DNA of 64,000 bases from Candidatus Latescibacterota bacterium. Lineage in GTDB: Bacteria > Latescibacterota > UBA2968 > GCA-2709665. The notes under the pieces were generated by a model. The model worked only from the letters and a program-made list of their open reading frames with translations. It was not told where the DNA came from and ran no database searches. This document shows, one piece after another, positions 1 to 11,294 of this stretch (the stretch's first letter is position 1; every line of letters starts with the position of its first letter). The stretch is from NCBI GenBank assembly GCA_965226795.1, contig CBDDDZ010000004.1, positions 64,001 to 128,000 of the forward strand, written 5' to 3'. Position numbers and translations under genes: made by a program.

Positions 1-350
1 TCGGCCCTGAACTCATCCTCGATCCCGATTTCGAGAATGTCAACGGAGAGGTCTCAGTTGAACGAAACGGGAGCGCAATCTGGTCTGGATCCGTAGCAAC
101 CGGCCAGGCCAATATGGCTCACAGCCTGGCCAACCTGGAGCACCATCATTTCAAGTATCCTCAGCACCGCCGCCCGGACGATGCGCACATCTACTTTTTC
201 GGCGCCGATGCCTTCAGTTTCGGGGCCGGCATCGAACTGGAAGACGGAGACGTGATGGTGGTCTCCTGGAACGGCTTCGGCAGACCGTTGAAGAACCCGC
301 TACGAATCGAGAGCGACGAAGAAACCCTGATCAGGGTCGATTCGATTTGA
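1..350 (+). CDS. AraD1/GguC-like (fumarylacetoacetate hydrolase superfamily) protein, 3' part; 5' end outside window
   Basis: Frame is open from the window start (GPELILDPDF...GQANMAHSLANLEHHHFKY...HIYFFGADAFSF...FGRPLKNP), the C-terminal signature of this family. Confidence 0.8.
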   Translation, partial: GPELILDPDFENVNGEVSVERNGSAIWSGSVATGQANMAHSLANLEHHHFKYPQHRRPDDAHIYFFGADAFSFGAGIELEDGDVMVVSWNGFGRPLKNPLRIESDEETLIRVDSI

Positions 351-437
351 ACGACGGCGGTCGAGCGTGACACCTACGACAACCGCGGGATCACGGACGG
401 GATCCGTACGCGGGTCCCAATCCGAAGGTCAGTACCT

Positions 438-1283
438 ATGATTATCGACGTGCACGCCCACGTTTTCCGCTATCCCCAACACTTCACCGAGCAGTTTCAG
501 CGCCAGACCATGCGCGCCCGGGGCGACGCGGAAATCGACCTCTCGGCCAGCCATGAAAACTACCGTCAGCAGGCAAGCGAGCCAGTGCGCACGATCGTCT
601 TCGGCGGCAAGGCCAGACTCAGCGGTATGTGGATTGACGATCGCTACGTGGCGGACCGCGTGGCTGAAAACCCGGATACGCTCATCGGCTTCCTTTCGGT
701 CGACCCCACCCAGGAGGACTGGCAGGACGAATTGAGAGAGGGTCACCAGGATCTCGGCCTCAAGGGGATAAAGCTACTCTCCATGTACGCCGGCTTCAGA
801 CCGGACGACGCAGCGCTTGACCCGCTCTGGCGTTACGCTCAGGAACACGGCCTGCCCGTACTTCTTCATACCGGCACCACCTTTGTCGCCCAGGCGCCCC
901 TGGAATGTACGCTTCCCCGCCACCTGGATCCGGTCGCCATTCGTTTTCCCAAAGTCAAGATCATCCTGGCGCATCTGGGGCATCCTTACGAAGGCGAATG
1001 CGTTGCCGTAATCCGAAAACACCCCAACGTCTACGCCGACGTCAGCGCCCTTCACTATCGTCCCTTCCAGCTTTACCACAGCCTGATGCTGGTGCAGGAA
1101 TACGGTGTCTGGGACAAACTGCTCTTTGGCACCGACTATCCCTTTACGACCATCGACGCCTCGCTTTCCGGCCTTCGAATTTTGAACGCCATGCTTGAAG
1201 GCACCGCACTGCCACGCCTGGACGCGGACGAAATCGAATCGGTGATCTATCGGGACAGCCTCTCAATCCTGAACCTGGAGTAA
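438..1283 (+). CDS. Amidohydrolase family (Amidohydro_2) metallohydrolase
   Basis: IIDVHAH, LLHTG, LAHLGHP and FGTDYP motifs. Confidence 0.92.
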   Translation: MIIDVHAHVFRYPQHFTEQFQRQTMRARGDAEIDLSASHENYRQQASEPVRTIVFGGKARLSGMWIDDRYVADRVAENPDTLIGFLSVDPTQEDWQDELREGHQDLGLKGIKLLSMYAGFRPDDAALDPLWRYAQEHGLPVLLHTGTTFVAQAPLECTLPRHLDPVAIRFPKVKIILAHLGHPYEGECVAVIRKHPNVYADVSALHYRPFQLYHSLMLVQEYGVWDKLLFGTDYPFTTIDASLSGLRILNAMLEGTALPRLDADEIESVIYRDSLSILNLE

Positions 1284-1287
1284 GCCA

Positions 1288-2184
1288 ATTCGCATCGACG
1301 CTCACATGCACGTCAACTACGCGTGGATGGATACCGCGGGTCTCGTCGCCGAGATGGACGCCTATGGTATCGACGTCACGTGGCTGCTCACGTGGTACCT
1401 TCCGCCAGGACAGGAAGCGCCGCGTTTCGGCGGCGGATTCAGCCCGCTCAACTACCGGGGGGACGGCACCCACGCCGGCGCGACTCTCGATCATATTCTC
1501 GCAGCGAGCGACAGGTACCCGCACCGGTTCATCGCCGGGTACTGCCCGTGTCCCTACGAGGGCCATGCCGCCGATCTCTTTGAAACCGCCTGGCGGATGC
1601 ACGGCGTAAGGGTCTGCGGCGAATGGAGCTATCGCCTCCTGCTCGACGACCCTCGCAGCATCCAGCTGTTCCGCCGCGCCGGTGAACTCGGCGCTCCCGT
1701 GGTGCTCCACATGGATGTGCCTTACCTGCCGGACAAAAAGGGCGCCCCAATGTATCAGGAAAGATGGTACGGGGGCGACATCCGGAACCTGGAACACGCG
1801 CTGGAGGCTTGTCCGGACACCGTCTTTATCGGCCACGCCCCCGGCTTCTGGCGATACATCAGCGGCGACGCTACGACCTCGCAGGAATCCTATCCGCCGG
1901 GCCCGGTCGCCCCCGGCGGCGAACTCCATGTTCTGTTTGACAACTATCCCAACCTCTACGCGGACCTCTCTTCCGGATCCGGCCTGAACGCCCTTCGCCG
2001 CGACCCGGAGCACGCCCGCGACTTCCTCATCCATCGCGCAGATCGTCTGCTTTACGGCCGCGACGGCAAGGGAAACGACCTCCAGAAATTCCTGCCCGCT
2101 CTGGACCTGCCCACGGACGTCCTGGCAAGGATCTATTACAAGAACGCCTCAACACTTGTACCCAACGACTCCCTCCGCAATTAA
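1288..2184 (+). CDS. Amidohydrolase family protein, probably starting at ATT 1288 rather than ATG 1306
   Basis: In-frame (I)RIDAHMHV metal motif begins before ATG 1306; GGAG at 1277-1280; VLHMD, IGHAPGFW and LYGRD motifs. Confidence 0.85.
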   Translation: MRIDAHMHVNYAWMDTAGLVAEMDAYGIDVTWLLTWYLPPGQEAPRFGGGFSPLNYRGDGTHAGATLDHILAASDRYPHRFIAGYCPCPYEGHAADLFETAWRMHGVRVCGEWSYRLLLDDPRSIQLFRRAGELGAPVVLHMDVPYLPDKKGAPMYQERWYGGDIRNLEHALEACPDTVFIGHAPGFWRYISGDATTSQESYPPGPVAPGGELHVLFDNYPNLYADLSSGSGLNALRRDPEHARDFLIHRADRLLYGRDGKGNDLQKFLPALDLPTDVLARIYYKNASTLVPNDSLRN

Positions 2185-2187
2185 AAC

Positions 2188-2211
2188 GGCCGCCCGTTGG
2201 TTTGGGCGGCC
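2188..2211. terminator. Hairpin between convergent genes, probable terminator
   Basis: ggccgccc-N8-gggcggcc immediately after the stop at 2184. Confidence 0.55.
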
Positions 2212-2289
2212 CTTCCAGTGTCCTTATGTACCGGTCGCCGGGTATCCCCAGGTGAACGTGTACAGGCGGCGCCCTGCCGGGCGGCGCGC

Positions 2290-3210
2290 TCACATCCAGG
2301 CCGCGCGTCCGCTGACGTCCAGATCCAGCCGGTTTCCACGTTCGGGCAATGACACCCGGGCCCGGTAGGTTTTGGCGATCTCCGCTGCCGTTGCGGGAAC
2401 CAATGCGCAGCCCTGCCGTTCACAGATTTCCCGCGCGGACGAAACGACCCCCAGCAATGTCTCCCGCCGAAAATCCCGCGCATCGCTGTAATCGAAAATA
2501 TTGTGCGTCAGTGCCTTCAGATACTTCACCGGAATCTCGCTTCCCGCCTCAACCTGCCGTTTGACATTTTTGTGAATGGTATACCAGTGATTCTTCGCGT
2601 CCACCAATTCAATGCGCAGGTCCTGCGGGTGCGCCCCGCCCCACATCCGTGACTCGACGTCCACCGTCGGCGGTATATCCACGAAATCCACGTCTCCCGC
2701 CAGGGACCGATTATACCGGTGCGGGTAGTGGGTATCCAGCGGCGAACCGCCCCACACGCAAGCGCATTGCGGCAGGTTCCGTGTTGGCATCGACACGGTG
2801 CCGTGCGTGAAACCCAGCGACTCCAGCGCGGGAAACGTATGGTCGTTGGCCGAGAAATAGCCGGGCGTGAATACGGCCGGCGGCCGCCCCATCGAATCGG
2901 CAAACAGACCCACTGCGTCTTTCAGAATCGCCACCTGTTCCTCGAACCCGTACACGCCCAGGAACTCTTCGTACCCCTGTTCCGCCGGGTGGACATGCAG
3001 GCCCACTTCGTGACCTTCGGCTTCGAGTTCGCGGTACGCCCCTGCGTGCACCCTCATGTCAGACGGGATCACCACAAACGTCCCCCTCACGCCAGTCTCT
3101 GAAAAGATATCTCCCAGTCCCCGAATCGACCGCTCGCCCAGCGCGGGGTCGTTAATCGTGCGTTGCGTGGATTCGCAATCGATCTGAACGTTGAAGAAAA
3201 TTTCCGTCAC
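2290..3210 (-). CDS. Polysaccharide deacetylase (NodB-like) family protein
   Basis: IDCE, GVRGTFVV, GHEVGLHVHP motifs; GTG start with AAGGAG/GGAG upstream. Confidence 0.8.
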   Translation of the reverse strand: MTEIFFNVQIDCESTQRTINDPALGERSIRGLGDIFSETGVRGTFVVIPSDMRVHAGAYRELEAEGHEVGLHVHPAEQGYEEFLGVYGFEEQVAILKDAVGLFADSMGRPPAVFTPGYFSANDHTFPALESLGFTHGTVSMPTRNLPQCACVWGGSPLDTHYPHRYNRSLAGDVDFVDIPPTVDVESRMWGGAHPQDLRIELVDAKNHWYTIHKNVKRQVEAGSEIPVKYLKALTHNIFDYSDARDFRRETLLGVVSSAREICERQGCALVPATAAEIAKTYRARVSLPERGNRLDLDVSGRAAWM

Positions 3211-3250
3211 GGCTCTCCGACTCCTTGTCTATGGATGGCTTGCGAGAAAA

Positions 3251-4987
3251 TCACCCGACCTCCGCTCGTCCCTCGAACGCGTCAACTTCCTGGTATTCGC
3301 GTTCGACTGAATCGCCCACGTTACGAAATACGGAAAGGCGCAGCGGCGCAGACGTCCTGCCTGCCAGCGTCCTCCGTAGCGCGCTCCCTTCCACCGAGAC
3401 TTCCTCCAGCCATACGCCGTCTTTTCCCTTCAGATAATGGCCGATCTCGTCGTGGCTCGCATAGACCTTCTCAAACCCGTCCGTCAACGCATCGGTTCGA
3501 CTCAGAATCCGGTCCCATTGGTCCATGGTAACGGCGTCGAACTTCTGCTCGTGCGTCACGATCTCCGCGTAGAATCCGGCGCGAAGACCGTGGCGTATCT
3601 GCCGGGCGGCGTTTCCCGCCGCCTTTTCGACATCGGTCCTTTCATTCTCGCGCAAATAGGGGGTGCATCCCGTTAAAAAATCCTCCTGGTGACGGGCCAG
3701 CATGGCCGCAAACGCGAAAAAGTCGTGATCGTCCGGCAGATAATCGTAGTAGCACGTCTGCAACCCGTACGGCCAGAAACCGTCCTGCATGCACATATCG
3801 GCCTTGTGCAGCCCCGTCTGCAGGGCCGGGCAGAAAAACCGGTGTCCTCGCGCCTTCAGAAAGGGCAGCGCCCTCACGCCGTACTCCCCCCAGTGGAATC
3901 GCAGCGTCGCACCCGGATAGACCCCTACACGCTTCCAGAACGCGTCCACAAAGGCGAAGTTCGACTCCAGTTCCTCCTGCGAGCACTCGCCCTTCCCGAA
4001 ATTGTAAATCAGCAGTTGATAGTAGTCCAGCGCATGGCTGTTGTAGTGAATTTCTCCGCTCTGAATTCCGTCCCTGATTTTGGGAAACAGCCGTTCCGGC
4101 ACGTTCCTGATAAACAGGGAGGGCATCGGTCTGTACCCATGACGGCTCGCGATTTCGGCGTACGCGAAATCGTGGCGCCCTTCGCAGTCGTCCCAGGACA
4201 TGGTCACAAACGGCGGAATCATATTGGCGGCAAACGGCTTGCGTGCCGTCCACGTGATCGAGCGCCAGAACAGATCGTCCATTCCGCGGGCATGGCCGAA
4301 GAACGCGTTCCGCCACACCCTGGAATTCAATGTAAACTGCACGGCGCGTCCCGATCCCCATTCCGTAGCGAACACCAGGGGATAGTTGCGCGGTTCGAAC
4401 GCGCTCCACGGCGCCAGGTGCCGGATATAGATCAACTGCTCCTTTCCCAGTATCCCATCGGCCAGCGGTATCACCGAATCGCCCCACTTTTCGGCGGCAA
4501 TTGCCGTCACCATCCGATCGAACGTATGTAGTTCACCCGGGGATTGCAGTTGCGTGATATAGTGCTCCCCCTCCGTAATTCGCACCGTATCGGTGGCGTA
4601 CGGATGCGGGTTGATCCGGTCGAACCCGAAAATCTCCAGAAGGGGTCCCTTATATGCCCTCAGATCGTAATCGAAATTGACCAGCCCGGCGCCGTTGCGA
4701 ACCGCTTCGGCAATCAACGCTGTCTCCGCGTCGCTCAGACACGCGCCCAGCCCGTTCTGCGCAATGATGATGCCCGCGCACTGGCTCAAGACTTCCGGCG
4801 TCGGCCGTTCCACGGCCAGATCCAGAAACCGATAGGGCATACCGAAATGCGCAAGCGCCAACAGAACCGTCTCGTCCACAATCATCCGCTCCCAGTACGG
4901 CCCGCCGCTATCTATGACCACCAGCAACGCGCCGTTACCGGACGTGGTACGCCGCTCCCGCTGCACCCGCCCGTTGCCTGCAACCAT
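3251..4987 (-). CDS. Hypothetical protein: GATase-like N-terminal region plus deacetylase-like domain
   Basis: 578-aa ORF; WGSGRAVQF, VTMSWDD, YNSHALDY and IVTHEQ motifs. Confidence 0.6.
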   Translation of the reverse strand: MVAGNGRVQRERRTTSGNGALLVVIDSGGPYWERMIVDETVLLALAHFGMPYRFLDLAVERPTPEVLSQCAGIIIAQNGLGACLSDAETALIAEAVRNGAGLVNFDYDLRAYKGPLLEIFGFDRINPHPYATDTVRITEGEHYITQLQSPGELHTFDRMVTAIAAEKWGDSVIPLADGILGKEQLIYIRHLAPWSAFEPRNYPLVFATEWGSGRAVQFTLNSRVWRNAFFGHARGMDDLFWRSITWTARKPFAANMIPPFVTMSWDDCEGRHDFAYAEIASRHGYRPMPSLFIRNVPERLFPKIRDGIQSGEIHYNSHALDYYQLLIYNFGKGECSQEELESNFAFVDAFWKRVGVYPGATLRFHWGEYGVRALPFLKARGHRFFCPALQTGLHKADMCMQDGFWPYGLQTCYYDYLPDDHDFFAFAAMLARHQEDFLTGCTPYLRENERTDVEKAAGNAARQIRHGLRAGFYAEIVTHEQKFDAVTMDQWDRILSRTDALTDGFEKVYASHDEIGHYLKGKDGVWLEEVSVEGSALRRTLAGRTSAPLRLSVFRNVGDSVEREYQEVDAFEGRAEVG

Positions 4988-5248
4988 GGTTGTCTCCCTC
5001 GTGATGTATCAATTATTGCCGATAAAGTGTCGTGTTTCCGTAAAGACAATGCTAATCCGGAACCAGGACGATATCGATTTCCCTTTTTCTATCCAGTTTA
5101 TATATTAAACAAAATCGGGAGAGACTATTCCAGGGTAATTTCACCAGAGAACGTATGGCATATAGACGAAATCCGGATGTTTGACCGATTCCGCGCCTCA
5201 GCGTATGCAGATTCGCGAGCGCCTTCCCATTCCGAGAGGAGCAAAGCG

Positions 5249-6550
5249 ATGTCATTCCAATTCCGAGAAGACCATGCTTCGTCCATCTTTCCAGCCAGAG
5301 ACACGCAAGGCGAGTCGACCAAAGGCGCTGATTCAACAGATAGCGCGACGCCACGCGGAAGCGCCTTCGAATGGGACCGGCTCCTTAGCTCCCTGTTCGT
5401 GCCTTTGCTGATTTCTGCCGCATCGCTTTTCGGGCTGGCGCGGCCGGCTGCGGCCGAGGTTGTGGATTCCGTTGGTGCGCATCTCGGTTTTCTCTCTGAG
5501 AAACCGAAGTCGCTGCCTTTGGACCTGCCGGTACTGCCCATGGGTCGCGTTAACGGGACAACGTCCTATACCGTCTCCGCCCCATACAGCGCCACGGGCG
5601 TCACGTTGGTCCTCTATTACCAGAGTCGTTCGAAAGTTAAGGTGAAACGGCGTAAGGCGTCGGACGGCAAGAAGCTTGACCACAATGCCTGGTCTGGCAG
5701 GAGGCGTTCGAAGCGGTGGACCATCCTGTCCTTCGGCGGACTTGGACCGGGCGGAAACGCGATTCAGTTTGAGGTGGAGCAGGGACGGAGGAAAGCGAAG
5801 ACTACCGTGACCTACGACGTTTCGGTCACTCGAGCAACCACGCCTGGAAGCGACGCCGCGCTGACTGCGCTGGCGCTCACGAAGAGCGACCTCACACCTA
5901 CGTTTGAGCCGAATACGAAGACCTACCAGGCAGCCGTCCCGTACGCGACAACCGGTTTCGAGGTAATCGTCAGGAGGAAAGAACCGGCGACGATGGTCCG
6001 GCTACGGGGAACTGCGGCGGACGGATCCTCCCTGGTGGTGGACAAGATGAACGTCTCCGGCCTGACCGTGGGCCGGAATACCCTGGAGATTGCGGCCACT
6101 GCCGAAGATGGAAAGGCGACGGAGCGATACAACATCACGCTGACCCGAATTGCGCCGAGCCGGGACACCAAACTCACGGGCCTGGCACTGGCGGAGGGCA
6201 AGGCCGGCTTTTTAGGGGTGTCGTCGGAAAACTCGATACTGCGGCCGGCCTTTAACCGCAACACGAGTTCGTACCAGGCAACTGTCGCGGCGACTGCTTC
6301 AACCGTTACCATAACCATTTCCAATCCAGCCAGCATGACGCACAATCAGAGCGGGTCCGCCGCGGACGGCACGCCTCTGGCGGTTGGGAAATCCGGGATG
6401 AGCCTTACGATGAATGGTGTATCGCGAAAATCGGTGACATTCGATGGGCTGCAGATCGGCAGTAACAGGATAGAGATCCGCGTGACTGCGCAGGACGGGT
6501 TGACAACGGGCACCTACCAAGTGATGGTGACGCGCGAGGCCGGACCGTAA
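5249..6550 (+). CDS. Secreted cadherin-like beta-sandwich repeat protein
   Basis: GAGGAG RBS before ATG 5249; hydrophobic signal ...LARPAAA; repeats of DAALTALAL..LTPTFEPNTKTYQA..VGRNTLEI..AEDG..YNITLTR. Confidence 0.75.
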   Translation: MSFQFREDHASSIFPARDTQGESTKGADSTDSATPRGSAFEWDRLLSSLFVPLLISAASLFGLARPAAAEVVDSVGAHLGFLSEKPKSLPLDLPVLPMGRVNGTTSYTVSAPYSATGVTLVLYYQSRSKVKVKRRKASDGKKLDHNAWSGRRRSKRWTILSFGGLGPGGNAIQFEVEQGRRKAKTTVTYDVSVTRATTPGSDAALTALALTKSDLTPTFEPNTKTYQAAVPYATTGFEVIVRRKEPATMVRLRGTAADGSSLVVDKMNVSGLTVGRNTLEIAATAEDGKATERYNITLTRIAPSRDTKLTGLALAEGKAGFLGVSSENSILRPAFNRNTSSYQATVAATASTVTITISNPASMTHNQSGSAADGTPLAVGKSGMSLTMNGVSRKSVTFDGLQIGSNRIEIRVTAQDGLTTGTYQVMVTREAGP

Positions 6551-6637
6551 TCCGGTAGGGTCGCCGCTGTCATCGATCACGCCCACCAGTCTGAGCGCCC
6601 GCACCGTGTTCGTAGACATCCGAATCGAGGAGGCAAG

Positions 6638-8585
6638 TCAAGTTGATGACGCTTCTTTGCCAAACGCGCTGGCAAAGATGAGAAAGTCACCGAAACCGAC
6701 GGCGCCGTCTTCATCCAGATCGTAGCGAGCCTCGTACCCGGCATCGCGTTGGCTCAAACCGAACTTTGACGCAAACGCCACAAAATCGGCAAATCCAACA
6801 GCGCCATCGCCATCGAAATCGGGACCTTCGGCCTGGGGAGTTATGTACGGTGAGATATCCCACAGCAGGATGGTGCCGTCCACTGATCCGGAAGCGAGAA
6901 TTTTCACATCTGGCGAATACGATACTGAAGTCACACTCGACGCGTGCCCGTCAAGGTTAGCGATCATAGCACCCGTGGCAAGGTCGCACAATCGCACCGT
7001 CCCATCACCAGACCCGGCAGCGAGTATGGTCCCATCCGTTACAAATGCCAAGGAAGAGACTGAGCCCCTTCGCCTTTCAATGGTGGCGATCTTGGCTCCC
7101 GTGACCACGTCCCATAAACGCACGGTGCCAATCCCAGACCCGGCCGCAATAGTCGTTCCGTCTGGTGAGAACGATACTGCGCTGACAACCTCTCCCGGCA
7201 CTTCAAGGATGGCGGTCGTGGCGCCAGTGGATACATCCCACAAACGCACCGTACTATCAACGGAACCGGACGCCAGGGTGCCCCCGTCCGGCGAAAACGT
7301 CACCGAAGTAACATCGTGCTCATGCCCTTCCAGTATGGCGGCGGTGATACCTGTCGATACATCCCATAAACGCACTTTCCTATCCCCGGACGCAGAAGCG
7401 AGGATGGCTCCGGTCGGCGAAAACGACACCGATCTGATATACGCCCTATGCCCTTCCAGTATAGCAGTGGTGGCGCCCGTGGATACGTCCCACAAACGCA
7501 CCGTACTATCAAATGAGCCTGAAGCCAGGGTGGTCCCATCTGGCGAAAACAACACACAAGAGACTTCGTGCGTATGCCCTTCGAGAATGGCGGTAGAAGC
7601 ACCTGTGGTTACGTCCCACAAACGCACGATGCCGTCCCACGATCCGGTTGCGAGGATCTTCCCATCACGAGAAAACGACACTGAAAGGACCGCACGGCTG
7701 TACCCTTGGAGAGTGGTAGTCGCAGTTCCCGAGGCGACGTCCCACAGACGCACAGTGCCATCCAGGGCACCGGAAGCAACAATGCCCCCGTCCGGCGAAA
7801 ACGACACCGAAAGGACATAACCCCTGTGCCCCCAGAGACGGGCGGTGTTTGTTCCCGTGGACGACGTCCCACAAACGCACACTGCCATCCAGGGCGCCGG
7901 AAGCGACGGTACCGCCATCCGGCGAAAACGACACCGAAAGGACATACCCAATGTGCCCTTCAAGGGTGGCGGTGTTTGTTCCCGTGGACACGTCCCACAA
8001 ACGTACCGTCCTATCTATCGAACCGGAAGCAATGGTAGCCCCATCCGGCGAGAACGACACCGAAAGGACCTCGTCCGCATGACCTTGGAAGATGGCGATG
8101 TTTGCTCCAGTGGCTACGTCCCACAGTTGCACGGTCCTATCCTGTGATCCGGTGGCGAGGGTGGTCCCGTCCGGCGAAAACGACACCGAATAAACCGTAC
8201 CCGTGTGTCCACGGAGAATGGCGGTGGTCGCCCCATCGGATACGTCCCACAAACGCACCGTCTGATCAACGGAACCGGACGCCAGGGTGCCCCCGTCCGG
8301 CGAAAACGTCACCGAAGTGACCCAGCCACCACCCGTGAACAGGGCGGCTTCGGCGCCAGTGTGGGCGTTATAGAGCCAGATACCCGCACTGCTGCCCACC
8401 GCCAGAAGTGTTCCGTCGGGTGAAAACACGACTGACCGCTCGCCAGGAGAGTTGCCTCCTTTTCCCAGGCGGGAGATTGCACCTTCGGGCAGACTCCATC
8501 GGGTATAGTCCTGCGCAAGACTGTCCTGAAAAAACGCGACACAGGTCAACAACAGGGCGGTTGTTAACAAGGAGAGTGGTTTCAC
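6638..8585 (-). pseudogene. Secreted WD40-repeat protein (13 repeats) with EF-hand/dockerin-like C-terminal tail; one frameshift near 7863
   Basis: Signal peptide from GTG 8585, WSLPEGAISRLGKG cap, GH..V.SV.FSPDG.TLASGS.D.TVRLWD repeats across ORFs 7665-8696 and 6638-7963; one extra G at 7863 versus the neighbouring repeat. May be a sequencing error. Confidence 0.85.
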
Positions 8586-8744
8586 AGGAGACTCTGCTCC
8601 GGGTTTTGTCCTGCCTGGAGAGCGGCTGCGTCGAGCACGTATTCGCACGCTTTTGATGCGCCCGACGGGACGAACGCGTAGGGCATCTCTATCCAACCTA
8701 TCTCCATGCGGAATGTAGACTTATCCGACTTTACATGCCGGGAG

Positions 8745-11149
8745 TCAACCTGACGATCCTTCTTTGCCGAAGGCGTTGGCAAAGATTAGAAAGTCACCAA
8801 AACCAATAGTGGCGTCCTCATCCAGATCGTACCGCGGGTCGAATCCCGCGTCGTCCTGACTCAGCCCGAACTGCCGCAAACCGCGTGAAATCGCCAAACC
8901 CGACACTGCCGTCTCCGTCAAAGTCAGGCGAAGGCACGGCTCTGACGACGAATGTCTCCGACTGGTCCATCCCTACGACGGTCACCTCTACAGTGATGGT
9001 GCCCAGTTCCCGTCCGACCGTCAAACTGCTCGATGCCCGGCCGCTCCAACCGGTCTCCGTGGTCTCTACAGTCGTCCCATTTCCTGAGACGACAGCAAAC
9101 CTGACCCGCGCGCCAGCCAGGGGAGCACCGTCTGATCCCTTACCACGACCACAAACGGGTGCTCTATTTGCCAACCCGAAACCCTTTCTGTTCGCCAGCC
9201 GAGACTCTCTCCAACGCATGGGGCCACGGCAGGAAAATCCGCATATCCCACAGCAGCACGGTTCCGTCCCAGGAGAGAGAAGCCAGGGTAGCTCCGTCGG
9301 GCAAAAACACAACGGAGTTGGAACCCTTGCGACCGCCCAGATTTGCGATCTTTTCTCCCTCCGTCGCGTCCCAAAGCTGGATCCCGCCCCCAACCTCGCC
9401 GGCAGCCAGCGTAGACCCGTCAGATGAAAACGCCACTGAACGGATCTCTTCTCCGTGCCCTTCAAGCGTGGAGATCTCATCTCCGGCCTCCACATCCCAC
9501 AGCAGAATCTTATTGTCGGATGCACCGGATGCCAGGATAGACCCGTCAGGCGAAAATGCCAAAGAACGAACCCCATCGGTGTGCCCGTCCAGAATGGCGA
9601 TTCGCTCTCTCGCCGCCACGTCCCACAACTGAACCGTTTCATCATACGAGCCGGAAGCCAGGGTGTACCCTTCCGGCGAAAACACGACTGAAGTAACCCT
9701 ATCAGCGTGTCCATCCAGGGTGGCAATATCAATTCGCGTCGCCAGGTTCCATAGCTTGACCGTCCTGTCGATTGAACCGGAAGCCAACAGGGTTCCGTCG
9801 GGCGAGAAAGCCAGTGACAGGATGTCAGACTTATGTCCCTTCAACGTGAGGATCCGTTTTCGGGTCGCTACGTCCCAAAGCTGGATCGTCTCGTCCTCGG
9901 CGCCAACCGCCAACCTGGCTCCGTCCGGCGAGAAAGCCAGCGAGTGGACCACACCAGGTTCCCCCTTCAGGTTGGCGATCTCTTCATGGGTTGCCACATC
10001 CCAGAGCTGGATCGCACCCCCAACTTCACCGGCAGCCAACGTAACCCCATCCGGCGAAAACGCCATAGTGACGATATTTTTGTGACCAACGAACGTCTCT
10101 GTAAATCCCGTCTCAACATTCCGCACCCGAACCACACCGTCCGTTGCCAAGGAAACAAGCGTGCCCCCGTCGGGTGAAAACGCCACCGATCCTACCGAAC
10201 CACCAGGTTCCACAATCCTGGTGATTTTTTTTCGGGTCGCCAGATCCCAAATCACAATTGTACCATCGAAAGACCCGGATGCCAGTGTACCGTCGGGGAA
10301 AAACGTGAGTGAATTCACGAATCGACTGTGACCCGACAGCCGGGTTATCCTCTTTCGGGCCTCCACGTCCCATAACACGATCGTTTTATCCCAGGAACCG
10401 GAAGCGAGCGTGGATCCGTCCCGTGAAAACGCAACTGAACTTATCCGATCTGTGTGACCCAGAAACGTGTAGACCAGTGCCTGCGCCGCCACGTCCCAGA
10501 GTTTGACGCGCTTATCCACCGATCCGGAAGCCAGAATCGACCCATCAGGCGAAAATGCCAAAGAACTTACCCGATCTTTATGTCCCTCCAGCGTTCCCTT
10601 CCTTGTTTGCGTGGATAGATCCCACAGCGAAATCTCATTGTCCTGTGTGCCCACAGCCAGCGTGTGTCCGTCGGGCGAAAACGCCAACGAGTTAACTCTG
10701 ATCCACCTCGGTCCTTGAAGGGTGGCAATGCGCGTTCCCGTCTTGACCTCCCATAGCTCGATCATGCCACTGGTTAATCCGGAAGCGAGCGTCGTTCCAT
10801 CCGGGGAAAATGCCACTGAATATGCATTTTCCTCTGACGGTAACAGTGTTATGAGGCGAGAGGGCTCCACCTCGTACAACCACAAACCGAGGGACCCGAC
10901 GAGGGCGAAGTATCGGCCACTCGGAGAGAAGGCCAACGAGCGATCGCTTTCACTGACGTGTCCCTTGCCCAGACGGGCGATGGCACCATCAGGCAAATGC
11001 CAGGTCTGAAAGTCACCATCCATGACTGGCGGGACAGGCGACAGGGTTTGCTGAGCAAAGGCGCTTCCGGCATACAGGATGAAAGGAAATGCGACAACGC
11101 TTGCGATCAACTTGCGTAAGACTGTGGTTAACGGGCTTACCAGGTTCAT
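8745..11149 (-). pseudogene. Secreted WD40-repeat protein (14 repeats) plus Ig-like domain and EF-hand/dockerin-like tail; three frameshifts (~9178, ~9131, ~8872)
   Basis: ORF 9164-11149 continues in shifted frames as WQIEHPFVVVVRDQ, GAPLAGARVRFAV...PDFDGDGSVGFGDF and FGLSQDDAGFDPRYDLDEDATIGFGDFLIFANAFGKEGSSG* (stop 8745). Confidence 0.8.
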
Positions 11150-11294
11150 CTGGTATACCTCCGATCAATTGACAGACTTTTGAATCCTTCAATCACTTGC
11201 CGCATCGATGTCCCTTTCTGACCAAATCACAACCCGTGAAGTCTTGCCCGCCTGATACGCCCGTTGTTAAAGACAGGCACAGCGGGTTCAAGAT

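Noticed and set aside
4544..5248. 235-aa N-terminal extension of the cadherin-like ORF
   Set aside because: It overlaps the opposite-strand gene and an AT-rich intergenic gap; a good RBS and signal peptide favour ATG 5249.
6850..10950. 126-bp periodic repeats as a CRISPR array or DGR
   Set aside because: They are WD40 coding repeats; there are no spacers, cas genes or reverse transcriptase, and differences are not adenine-specific.
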